From Fluviicola sp. (lineage in GTDB: Bacteria > Bacteroidota > Bacteroidia > Flavobacteriales_D > Crocinitomicaceae), in contig NZ_JBCNJT010000001.1 of assembly GCF_039596395.1 (NCBI RefSeq), positions 715,315 through 779,314 on the forward strand: 64,000 nucleotides of DNA, read 5' to 3'. The translations under genes were made by a program, and so were the position numbers. Below, in pieces: positions 17,379 through 25,716 of this stretch. Every line of letters begins with the position of its first letter. Positions within the stretch are counted from its first letter, which is position 1. The notes beneath the pieces were generated by a model that searched no databases, was not told the DNA's origin, and worked only from the letters and a program-made list of their open reading frames with translations.

Positions 17379-19025
17379 CTACTTATATTTTAATCCCTTT
17401 TCCTGGACGATCACATACAGGTTCGGATTCAGCTCGAATGAATAATCATGCCCGATTGCATACGATCCCCACTTGGAAGTACATGCCAGTTTCTGCTTTC
17501 CATTCATAATCGGCATGTTGAAGCCATCCACACAATTTACCCAGCGGAATTTGACTTTCTTTTTGGAGTATTTCAATTGCAAAGTCGGTGGGTTTTTGGT
17601 TCGCAAATATTGGTCGAATACTTTGGACAAATCCATGTTCAGTTCTTTCGAGATGAATTGTTCGATTTGCTGCGTAGTAACCGTTTGATGGTAAAAATCG
17701 GCATTCATTTTACGAAGCATCATCCGGAATAAGGAATCGTTTCCGTAAATCGCGCGGATGGTATGCAACATATTCGCTCCTTTGTAGTACATATCGCCGC
17801 TTCCTTCTGTATTTACTCCATATGGCCCGATAATCGGCTGGTCGTTCATGATATTTTTCCGGAGTCCCTGGCAATATTTGTCAGCATCTTCTTTCCCGAA
17901 CCAATAATCGGTAAACAAGGTTTCGCTGTAGCAGGTAAATCCTTCGTGAATCCACATGTCGGCGATGTCTTTGGAAGTGATGTTGTTTCCGTACCATTCG
18001 TGACCACTTTCGTGCACGATGATGAAATCCCATTTCAATCCGACACCGGTATTGCTCAGATCAGAACCTAAATACCCGTTCTTAAAACCATTCCCGTAAG
18101 CTACTGCGCTTTGGTGCTCCATTCCCAAATAAGGGGCTTCCACGAGTTTGTATCCGTCCTGGTAGAAGGGGTAAGGACCGAACCAATATTCCAAAGCCTT
18201 TAAAGTCCGGGGAGCGTCCTGGAATTGTTTTTTCGCTTTCTCTTCGTTTCCTCTCAATACCCAGTAATCGATTTCCAGGTTTCCGTTTTCTCCTGCAAAG
18301 TGTTCGTGGATGTTTACATAGTCGCCAATGTAAGGGATCATGCAGTAGTTATTGATCGGATTGGTTACTTTCCAAGAGTAGGTTGATTGACCTAAGTTGT
18401 TGATTTCTTTACCGATAAAGCTTCCGTTACTCACACAAACCAACTCGCCCGGACAGGTATAATGCATGGTAACACCTGCGTCCGGTTCGTCGTATTGGGA
18501 ATCTTTACACGGGAACCAAACGCTTGCTCCCTGTCCCTGGCAGGCGATGGAAACCCACGGTTTGCCATTGTGATCTTTCGTCCAGACAATACCGCCATCC
18601 CAGGGTGCACGTTTTGCAATTTTGGGTTTTCCGTGGAAATAAACGGTCAGTTTTGAATCGGTTCCTTCATAATTAGCGTCTTCATAACGGATGAAATAAG
18701 CATTGCCGTCTTGTTTGATACTTGCTGCCGGGATGCGATCTCCACGTCCTAAAATGACACTGTCAATGATCATCGGTTGCTGCAGGTCAATCTGTAAAGT
18801 ACGCTTTTCGTATACTCCTTCAACCGGTTTTGTGGAAAAGGTGATGACATTCTTCCCATGAATTTCCTTGTTGTTGATGTCAAACGTAACGCTCAGGTCA
18901 TAGTGCTTCAAATCCCACCAATTGCGGGACGAACCGTAGTTACCACGCAGCGAATCTGCATGTGAGAATTGACCGGAGGAAGTGGCTGCAAGCAGCAAGG
19001 AGTAAAAGAAGAACAGGTATTTCAT
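17379..19025 (-). CDS. M1 family zinc aminopeptidase, secreted
   Basis: GMEHQ, HESGHEW-x-HEGF (HExxH-18-E), MYYKG. Confidence 0.92.
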   Translation of the reverse strand: MKYLFFFYSLLLAATSSGQFSHADSLRGNYGSSRNWWDLKHYDLSVTFDINNKEIHGKNVITFSTKPVEGVYEKRTLQIDLQQPMIIDSVILGRGDRIPAASIKQDGNAYFIRYEDANYEGTDSKLTVYFHGKPKIAKRAPWDGGIVWTKDHNGKPWVSIACQGQGASVWFPCKDSQYDEPDAGVTMHYTCPGELVCVSNGSFIGKEINNLGQSTYSWKVTNPINNYCMIPYIGDYVNIHEHFAGENGNLEIDYWVLRGNEEKAKKQFQDAPRTLKALEYWFGPYPFYQDGYKLVEAPYLGMEHQSAVAYGNGFKNGYLGSDLSNTGVGLKWDFIIVHESGHEWYGNNITSKDIADMWIHEGFTCYSETLFTDYWFGKEDADKYCQGLRKNIMNDQPIIGPYGVNTEGSGDMYYKGANMLHTIRAIYGNDSLFRMMLRKMNADFYHQTVTTQQIEQFISKELNMDLSKVFDQYLRTKNPPTLQLKYSKKKVKFRWVNCVDGFNMPIMNGKQKLACTSKWGSYAIGHDYSFELNPNLYVIVQEKGLKYK

Positions 19026-19062
19026 AATGACTTGGTCTTTACCGGTTACACGGGTATTTATT

Positions 19063-19080
19063 GATCAGTCGCGGCTGATC
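19063..19080. repeat. Short GC-rich palindrome, copy 1
   Basis: GATCAGTCGCGGCTGATC; second copy TCAGCCGCGGCTGA at 20752-20765. Confidence 0.65.
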
Positions 19081-19120
19081 TCTTTTGTGAAATTAATGAT
19101 TCTTTACAGAAACGACTTGT

Positions 19121-19489
19121 CTATTTTCCTTTTCCATGTTTAGCCTGGTTCTCAGCCAGGCGAAATAAAACGATTTCTGTAATCAGTTTTGCGGGAAGCG
19201 GCTCATTCAACGGGAATTGCACGGAACCTTTTCCCTGTTTGTATTTCGACAATTCTTTCTCAAAAGCTTTGTGGCCGGTTGGTGTGGCATAGAAGCCAAT
19301 GTGAGATTTGTACCCGGCGAAATAAACCAAAGGTTTTCCGTTCACTTTGTAAGCCGGCATTCCATAGGAAATGGATTCCACAGCTTCCGGGGCCGTGTCG
19401 GTAATTAGTTTTCTCAGGGTAACCAAGCGGTCATGAGTTTCTCCATCAAACTCACGGATGTATTCGTCGACGTTGGTGAATGTTTTCAT
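19121..19489 (-). CDS. DUF1801 / YdhG-like protein
   Basis: VDEYI, ESISYGMPAY, YFAGYKSHIGFY, GKGSVQFPL. Confidence 0.9.
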   Translation of the reverse strand: MKTFTNVDEYIREFDGETHDRLVTLRKLITDTAPEAVESISYGMPAYKVNGKPLVYFAGYKSHIGFYATPTGHKAFEKELSKYKQGKGSVQFPLNEPLPAKLITEIVLFRLAENQAKHGKGK

Positions 19490-19510
19490 TTTTCCGGGAT
19501 TTCAGTACTT

Positions 19511-19578
19511 TAAGATTTAGGATCTTAAGACTTTAATTCGTCTTAGTATTTTGATGTCCTAATATCCCAATGTCCAAT
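19511..19578. repeat. Palindromic element made of ~8-nt units
   Basis: TAAGATT TAGGATCT TAAGACTT facing GTCTTAGT ATTTTGAT GTCCTAAT ATCCCAAT GTCCAAT. Confidence 0.65.
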
Positions 19579-19644
19579 TTTCAGATAAATATAATTCAAT
19601 TGTGTCTTACATGAAAGTTGTCGCGACTTTTGAATAAATGTCTG

Positions 19645-20250
19645 TTAGCGGTTGTTTCTTTTTTTAGAAACATCTCTCAGGCGGATCCGTTTTGGAACGA
19701 TGTATTTTGTCAGCCTGCTATTGGTAGGATAGGACCTGTTTTTCGTGAGATTGTTAGCGATAATTGCCACCAGAAGCAGGATTAAAACACCGGAAAGAAC
19801 GGGCGATAAAACATACATGAATCCCAGTGCTTTGACTTTCGGAGTTCCGATAACAGCAATCAGTGCCGTTGCTCCGCCGGGCGGATGCAATGTTTTGGTC
19901 ATTTGCATGGCAACGATGGATAGACTTACTGCAAGCGGGGCAGAAATCCAAAGCGGATCAGGAACTAATTTAAACACGCAGACGCCGATGAAAGCAGAAA
20001 TGACGTGTCCACCCACCAGGTTTCTCGGTTGTGCGAGCGGACTTTGGATTGCTCCGTAAATCAACACGCTGCTTGCCCCGAATGATCCGATCAGGAAAAT
20101 GTTTTCCAGTTTGTCCAATGATTGCGACTGGGTCCATGCAATTAGCCCGATCCCGAAGAAGGAACCGATAAACGTCCAGAAATGTTCCCTAACATCCACC
20201 AGTGTTTCTTTGTAGAGGACATACCGGACTTTTCTTATGGATTTTTTCAT
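19645..20250 (-). CDS. HPP family membrane protein
   Basis: GSFGASSVL, SPLAQPRNLVGGH, TLHPPGGATAL. Confidence 0.93.
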   Translation of the reverse strand: MKKSIRKVRYVLYKETLVDVREHFWTFIGSFFGIGLIAWTQSQSLDKLENIFLIGSFGASSVLIYGAIQSPLAQPRNLVGGHVISAFIGVCVFKLVPDPLWISAPLAVSLSIVAMQMTKTLHPPGGATALIAVIGTPKVKALGFMYVLSPVLSGVLILLLVAIIANNLTKNRSYPTNSRLTKYIVPKRIRLRDVSKKRNNR

Positions 20251-20717
20251 GATTCTTTTACGCTGCAGACCGGTTCGTGAGTAACCGGGAAATTACAGGA
20301 GTTTGCAATGAAGCATTGTTTGTTGGCCTCGTGATGCAGGCTGTTTGCCAATTCAATTTTGGAAGCATCCGTAATAAGTACTTTCGGACGCAGTATGACA
20401 GATGTGAAACGGCCGCCATCCGGATCCTGGATCATGGTTCCGACCGGTTCATCCGTGTATTCGATGACCTGAATTCCTGCATCGGCGCATAAGTGGAAGT
20501 ACCACAACATGTGACAGCTGGAAAGGGAAGCTAAAAAGAAATCTTCCGGGTTGTGTTTGGTTTTGTCGCCACGGAAAGGCACGTCTGCCGAACAGAGTAA
20601 ATCGGGTTTATCGGGAATCTGAAGGGTGAATTCTCTTCCATAAGCGGCGTAATCGGATGTTCCGGTTCCTTTGTTGCCTGTCCAGGTGACAGTTGCGTGG
20701 TATGTGTGTTCTTTCAT
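20247..20717 (-). CDS. OsmC family protein
   Basis: NPEDFFLASLSSCHML, CFIANS. Confidence 0.92.
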   Translation of the reverse strand: MKEHTYHATVTWTGNKGTGTSDYAAYGREFTLQIPDKPDLLCSADVPFRGDKTKHNPEDFFLASLSSCHMLWYFHLCADAGIQVIEYTDEPVGTMIQDPDGGRFTSVILRPKVLITDASKIELANSLHHEANKQCFIANSCNFPVTHEPVCSVKES

Positions 20718-20720
20718 AGA

Positions 20721-20786
20721 AAAAGTTCAAAAGTTCAAAAGTTCAAAAGTTTCAGCCGCGGCTGATTCAAAGTTCAAAAGGTTCGA
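20721..20786. repeat. AAAAGTTC tandem array with central TCAGCCGCGGCTGA palindrome
   Basis: AAAAGTTC x3, palindrome at 20752-20765, then TTCAAAGTTCAAAAGGTTCG. Confidence 0.8.
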
Positions 20787-20787
20787 C

Positions 20788-21447
20788 TTATTTTTCGTTC
20801 TCCAATACAAAAGTAGAAAATTGTCTTTCTACCGGATCTCCGGCTTTGGTGTGCACGGTTTCGGTTTGCCGGTCTTCCAGTTTCAGGATGAAGGAGCTTT
20901 TTTCCACCAATTTCATTACTTCATCGGGATTATACAGGGTAAAGCCAAAAGGAGTAAAGGGAAGTGTTTCCATAAAACTCCGGTGTGCGAAGGTTAGTGA
21001 AAACAGGGCTTTGGGTTTTAATATGCGGGATAGTTCCGTTAGTGTTTCCAGAGGATTTTCCCAGAAATAGAGGGTGTTTACAGTAAACAACTTGTCGAAC
21101 CGATCGTTTGCAAACGGAGTCTTGTTACCATCGTAGAGCACAAAATCGGCTTGTTTGGCAGCTACAAATGATTGATTGATTTGTTTTGCCTGGCTGTTCA
21201 TAAGCGTTGAGATTTCTAAACCCGTATAGTGAATGTGGTCGCTTTGGGCGAAGAGGTATTCCAGGTGACCGGCGTTCCCATGACCTAATTCCAACACAAC
21301 ATCTCCGGGAGACAAATTTAAATTCAAAATGGCATTTTTGGTCATCCCGATATTGGTTTCATGCATCATTTGTGCAATCTCGCTGCCTTTCTCTCCTGAA
21401 GGATGACTCAATTGGGAAGCCAATTCTATTAATTGTTCTTTCTCCAT
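20788..21447 (-). CDS. Class I SAM-dependent methyltransferase
   Basis: VLELGHGNAG motif I, TGLEIS, FDKLFTVNTLYFW; start reassigned to MEKEQ (21447). Confidence 0.9.
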   Translation of the reverse strand: MEKEQLIELASQLSHPSGEKGSEIAQMMHETNIGMTKNAILNLNLSPGDVVLELGHGNAGHLEYLFAQSDHIHYTGLEISTLMNSQAKQINQSFVAAKQADFVLYDGNKTPFANDRFDKLFTVNTLYFWENPLETLTELSRILKPKALFSLTFAHRSFMETLPFTPFGFTLYNPDEVMKLVEKSSFILKLEDRQTETVHTKAGDPVERQFSTFVLENEK

Positions 21448-21485
21448 TTTTGTGTTTTTACGAAAATAAGCATTTGAATCAATTT

Positions 21486-21573
21486 TCCCTCTTTGAAGGG
21501 GGATTAAGGGGATGGTCACCCCTCTCTGTCTCTCCCGCCGACTTCCTGTCGGGACAGGCTCCTCAAAAGGAGA
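21486..21573. repeat. Composite REP-like element with nested 27-nt palindromic insert
   Basis: TCCCTCTTTGAAGGGGGATTAAGGGG...ACCCCTCTCTGTCTC[TCCCGCCGACTTCCTGTCGGGACAGGC]TCCTCAAAAGGAGA. Confidence 0.7.
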
Positions 21574-21668
21574 AGTTTAGAAATTCGCCTCTCCATTGTA
21601 ATCGTAACCAACAATTAATATTCACCTAACGTCAAAACTCCGGAATATGGGGAATTTTGCGGCAAAAA

Positions 21669-22295
21669 ATGGAACTTTTTATCAGTGTTTTCGCCGCTTT
21701 ATTCTCTGTTTTGAACCCTTTGGGAACGGTTCCCGTTTTTGTTGGACTGACCAGGGACGACACCAAGCACCACCGGGATAAAACCTCTCTCTGGACTTCC
21801 GTCAATGTGTGTATAATTTTATTGATCTCTTTTTTTGCGGGGAAGTATGTGTTGAATTTTTTCGGGATCAGTATTAACTCCCTGCGTGTTGCCGGCGGAT
21901 TGATCATTGCTACTTCGGGTTTTGCCTTGCTTACCGGATCTTTTACCAAGCACAAAGGAATGAAGAAAGCGAGTGTGCAGGAAGATCTGCAAACACGCTC
22001 GGAAGTTTCTTTAACGCCGCTGGCAATTCCAATGCTGGCCGGTCCGGGATCTATTTCGTTGCTGATTACTTACAACCAAACGTTTGATAACAAAGAGCAG
22101 CACCTGCTTTCGGTTTGTGCGATTATTGCTGTTTGCCTGGTGATTTACCTGATCTTAAGAACGTCACACTTTATTGTGAAGGCACTTGGTGCTTCAGGGA
22201 TTAATGCCATTTCTCGGATCATCGGGTTTATTGTGATTGCGATAGGTGTGGAGTATGTTTCTTCGGCGGTGCAGGAGATTTTGAAAATTAAATAA
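21669..22295 (+). CDS. MarC family membrane protein
   Basis: FSVLNPLG, SLRVAGGLI, PLAIPMLAGPGSI, SRIIGFIVIAIGVE. Confidence 0.92.
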   Translation: MELFISVFAALFSVLNPLGTVPVFVGLTRDDTKHHRDKTSLWTSVNVCIILLISFFAGKYVLNFFGISINSLRVAGGLIIATSGFALLTGSFTKHKGMKKASVQEDLQTRSEVSLTPLAIPMLAGPGSISLLITYNQTFDNKEQHLLSVCAIIAVCLVIYLILRTSHFIVKALGASGINAISRIIGFIVIAIGVEYVSSAVQEILKIK

Positions 22296-22345
22296 TTGCG
22301 AATTGCGAATAATATTTAATTAGGTATTCGGAATTAGCAATTATT
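22291..22345. repeat. 20-bp inverted repeat of heptamer units between convergent genes
   Basis: AATAATTGCGAATTGCGAAT / ATTCGGAATTAGCAATTATT (18/20). Confidence 0.8.
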
Positions 22346-23582
22346 ACTGATCTTCTTGCGGGCTGAAGGTAATGTCGAAAATGGTTTCTGGGTAGGTTTT
22401 TAATTCCATGGTTCCTTCCAGCTGGTCTGTCAATGATTCGATGAGGTCCAGACCGAAGGAGCCCTGGCGGGAAGGCGCTTTCCAGGTACCGCTGTCTTTG
22501 TAGATCAGTTTGCATTTTTTGCCCTGGTAATGCATAAATGAGATCGAGATCAGGCAGTTTTCGTAATCGTCGAAGGCGTATTTCAGGGAATTGGAGATCA
22601 ATTCATTCAGGATCAACGCAAGCGGAACGATGGAACGTAAGCCAATGGAATCGATGTCGCATTCGATCTTCAGGTTTACCGGGTAGCCGGATTGATAGGA
22701 AGAAACGAGGTCGGAGGAAAGATCGTGCAGGTATTCGCGTAAATGCAGCGTGGACAAATGATCACTCTGATACATTTTCTCATGGATCATCGACATGGCG
22801 ATAACCCGGTGGGTCGCATCCTTGAATTTGGCAATGGCTTCCGGGTTTTCCAATTCACGCGATTGAAGCCTCAGCAAACTGGTAATGATCTGAAGGTTGT
22901 TCTTTACACGGTGATGGATTTCCTTCAGCATCACGGTTTTCTCTTCGTTCTGTTTCGAAATGATGTTGTATTGTACCTGCAGAACGTCCTGGGCTTCGTT
23001 TAGTTTTTTCCGTCCTACTTCGTTCGTACGAATGTTTTCCCAGCCGAGATACCCGATTATGACGAAACAAATGATGCAATTGATAACTGTTGCGATCAGT
23101 TGCTCGTTGGTCAGGTTCCGCATGATTTCCATCTGTTGGTCGAGGAAGTAATAAAAGTATATGGACTGACTGGCTGCGTGGAATATGGCAAATGCGATTC
23201 CCCAGCTTGCTCCCAGGACAATAAATGCAAAGAGAATGTTGATGGTCATCCAGAAACCGTTGAGGAAATGCGGCTGATTGTGGATAAAGAACAGAGGAAT
23301 GGCGCAGCAAACGGCACCGATAATATTGAAAACAATGGTCGGAAGCCTGAATTTTCCGCTGCGGTAGATATAAATCGTGGCAACCATTACCGAAAAGAAG
23401 GCAATGAGCGTAATGGACGCAATGGTAAAGCTGAAATAAATAAACAGAACGATACTTAAAACCCCGATTACCAATGTTAAAAACAATGACAAGCGGTAGG
23501 CCAGCATGAACTTGGTCTGGTCTTCGAAATTGTTTTCATTGGTGAACTTCGGAACGAACACGCTTTTCAGCAGATTAAGCAT
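22344..23582 (-). CDS. Membrane sensor histidine kinase, HisKA_2 type
   Basis: About 6-7 TM helices, LKEIHHRVKNNLQ, LILNELISNSLKYAF, YKDSG, FGLDLI. Confidence 0.92.
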   Translation of the reverse strand: MLNLLKSVFVPKFTNENNFEDQTKFMLAYRLSLFLTLVIGVLSIVLFIYFSFTIASITLIAFFSVMVATIYIYRSGKFRLPTIVFNIIGAVCCAIPLFFIHNQPHFLNGFWMTINILFAFIVLGASWGIAFAIFHAASQSIYFYYFLDQQMEIMRNLTNEQLIATVINCIICFVIIGYLGWENIRTNEVGRKKLNEAQDVLQVQYNIISKQNEEKTVMLKEIHHRVKNNLQIITSLLRLQSRELENPEAIAKFKDATHRVIAMSMIHEKMYQSDHLSTLHLREYLHDLSSDLVSSYQSGYPVNLKIECDIDSIGLRSIVPLALILNELISNSLKYAFDDYENCLISISFMHYQGKKCKLIYKDSGTWKAPSRQGSFGLDLIESLTDQLEGTMELKTYPETIFDITFSPQEDQ

Positions 23583-23849
23583 AGTCTAGTTTTAGTAGAG
23601 TGAATATACAGATTCTTTGACTTAGTTGGGTGTTTATTTGATGAATTGTTCGTAATTCAGTGATATTGTTAGTTGATAATTAAACCACAAAGGAACATAG
23701 GACACATAGAATTCTAAAAATGCGACCCAGCAGGCGATTGAAGTTAAAGGTGTTTCAAGCGGATAATTGTTGTTTCGCTCCGCTCACGTTCTTTTATCAC
23801 CTAAAAAAACAAAGCGCATAGCTTTTTAAGGATTTACATATTTGTGTAG

Positions 23850-24000
23850 TTGAGAGACGGTTTCTGAGTTTAGAAATCAGACTTTAAAGGGAAGGTTGAG
23901 TCAAGTCAAAGCCGTCTTTTCACTTTTTCTCATCTGAAAGGCAGGACCTTCGCTATACCGTAATCCCAGTCCTGGCAGGGTTTTCCGGTGGGCAATTTGA
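23850..24000. ncRNA. Candidate structured RNA / cis-element
   Basis: Stem AGACGGTTT/AAGCCGTCT (23855-23917) with inner hairpins and a U-run; second stem CAGGAC/GTCCTG (23942-23974) with possible ACCG/CGGT pseudoknot. Confidence 0.35.
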
Positions 24001-24049
24001 ATTGTTAAGAATACGGTGAATTGTTACAGGAATAACGTTTTGATACTAT

Positions 24050-24093
24050 ACCCATACTTGACCTATGCTTTACCTATACTTGACCCATACTTG
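24050..24093. repeat. 11-bp tandem repeat x4
   Basis: ACCCATACTTG ACCTATGCTTT ACCTATACTTG ACCCATACTTG. Confidence 0.9.
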
Positions 24094-24198
24094 ATGGTGA
24101 AGAAGTGTTTTTGAGGAATTTCTTTATTGCGACCGAATGTAGCAGTTGTGTGTAATTTGATCCCATTTTATGGGGGCATGACGTTGGGCAATATACAC

Positions 24199-24230
24199 AA
24201 AAAAGCCCCGATCAATCCGAACGGGGCTTT
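24199..24230 (-). terminator. Intrinsic terminator
   Basis: AAAGCCCCG-N11-CGGGGCTTT with A-tract. Confidence 0.85.
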
Positions 24231-24249
24231 GAATTTATATTCGAAAAAA

Positions 24250-25518
24250 TCACTTCTTTCTGTCTACTTCAACTGTTGCCAATTCATCCGCTTTGTAAGC
24301 TCCTGAATCCAGCTTCTCTTTCAATTTCTTGAATGTTTCGATCGTGTAATTCACGTCTTCCAACGTATGTGCGGCAGTTGGGATGATACGCAACATGATC
24401 ACATCTTTCGGTACAACCGGGTAAATGACGATGGAACAGAAAATGTTGTAGTTTTCACGCAGGTCGAAAGTCAAATTCGTTGCTTCTGCCAGGTTTCCTT
24501 TCATGAAAACAGGAGTAACCGGAGAGTTTGAAGCACCGATATCGAAACCTGCATTGATGAATCCTGATTGAAGTGCGTTTGCGATTTCCCACAATTTGTC
24601 TTTCAATTCCGGGCGTGTACGCAACAATTCCAAACGTTTGCGGGCACCGATCGTGATGGTGATAGGCAATGCTTTTGCAAACATCTGAGAACGCATGTTG
24701 TAACGGAAGAATTCGATGATGGATTCTTTTGCACAAATAAATCCTCCGATGGAAGACATGGATTTTGCAAATGTTCCGAACAATACATCGATTTCGTCTT
24801 GAACTCCCTGAGCTTCACCGGCACCTTGTCCTGTTTTACCCAATGTTCCGAATCCGTGTGCGTCATCAACGAACAAACGGAAGTTGTATTTACCGGATTT
24901 ACGGAATTCAACGATTTCTTTCAATTTCCCCTGGTCACCGGCCATTCCGAAAACTCCTTCTGTGATAACCAAAATACCACCACCTGTTTGTTCAGCCAAA
25001 CGGGTTGCGTTTTTCATTTGCTTATCAAAGCTTTCCATATCGTTGTGCTGGAATACGAAACGCTTACCTGTGTGTAAACGCATTCCGTCCAGGATACAAG
25101 CATGTGCTTCCGAGTCATAAACAATGATATCACTGCGGTCAACCAAACAGTCGATTGCAGAAACCATTCCCTGATATCCAAAGTTCAAAAGGATACAATC
25201 TTCCATCCCCATGAATTCAGCCAACTCATTTTCCAGCTTTTCGTGCTCACTTGTCTGACCGGTCATCATACGTGCTCCCATCGGGTAAGCCAATCCGTAT
25301 TGTTCAGCCGCTTTTGCATCAGCTTCGCGAACTTCCGGGTGATTTGCCAATCCCAGGTAGTTGTTCAAAGACCAAACCAAACACTCTTTTCCGCGGAAAA
25401 TCATTTTGTTACCTAATTCACCTTCTAACTTTGGAAAGGTAAAATAACCGTGAACTCCTTTGGAATACTGCCCGATAGGCCCGCGGTTACGTTCAATTTT
25501 ATCAAAAATATCTGCCAT
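24250..25518 (-). CDS. PLP-dependent alpha-oxoamine synthase (SPT/BioF family), probably cysteate-C-fatty acyltransferase
   Basis: WSLNNYLGLANHP, YPMGARMMTG, DSEAHACILDG, TEGVFGM, VDDAHG, GTFAKS (PLP Lys). Confidence 0.85.
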   Translation of the reverse strand: MADIFDKIERNRGPIGQYSKGVHGYFTFPKLEGELGNKMIFRGKECLVWSLNNYLGLANHPEVREADAKAAEQYGLAYPMGARMMTGQTSEHEKLENELAEFMGMEDCILLNFGYQGMVSAIDCLVDRSDIIVYDSEAHACILDGMRLHTGKRFVFQHNDMESFDKQMKNATRLAEQTGGGILVITEGVFGMAGDQGKLKEIVEFRKSGKYNFRLFVDDAHGFGTLGKTGQGAGEAQGVQDEIDVLFGTFAKSMSSIGGFICAKESIIEFFRYNMRSQMFAKALPITITIGARKRLELLRTRPELKDKLWEIANALQSGFINAGFDIGASNSPVTPVFMKGNLAEATNLTFDLRENYNIFCSIVIYPVVPKDVIMLRIIPTAAHTLEDVNYTIETFKKLKEKLDSGAYKADELATVEVDRKK

Positions 25519-25570
25519 ACTTGTTCATTTTCCATTAATCAATTGCATCTCTGATTAACAGTTGAGTGTG

Positions 25571-25578
25571 CAAATTTA
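25571..25578 (-). promoter_or_regulatory. Bacteroidota -7 promoter element
   Basis: TAAATTTG upstream of 25518. Confidence 0.55.
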
Positions 25579-25640
25579 GAAGTATTCCAGCTATATTACC
25601 AATTTGTGATGAAAATTAATTAACCAAGAAATCAACAGCG

Positions 25641-25716
25641 GAATTATCAATTATGAATTACAGAATTATCAAGAGGGATCATTCTTGATCATTCATAATT
25701 GAAAAATTGATAATTC
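25641..25716. repeat. Palindromic element of ATCAATT/ATGAATT heptamers
   Basis: GAATTATCAATTATGAATTACAGAATTATCAAGA ... TCTTGATCATTCATAATTGAAAAATTGATAATTC. Confidence 0.75.

Noticed and set aside
24050-24093. CRISPR array
   Set aside because: Units are 11 bp, contiguous, without spacers; no cas genes.
24145-24195. Integron attC-like site (GTTGGGC fits GTTRRRY)
   Set aside because: No matching RYYYAAC inverse core, no cassette array and no integrase.
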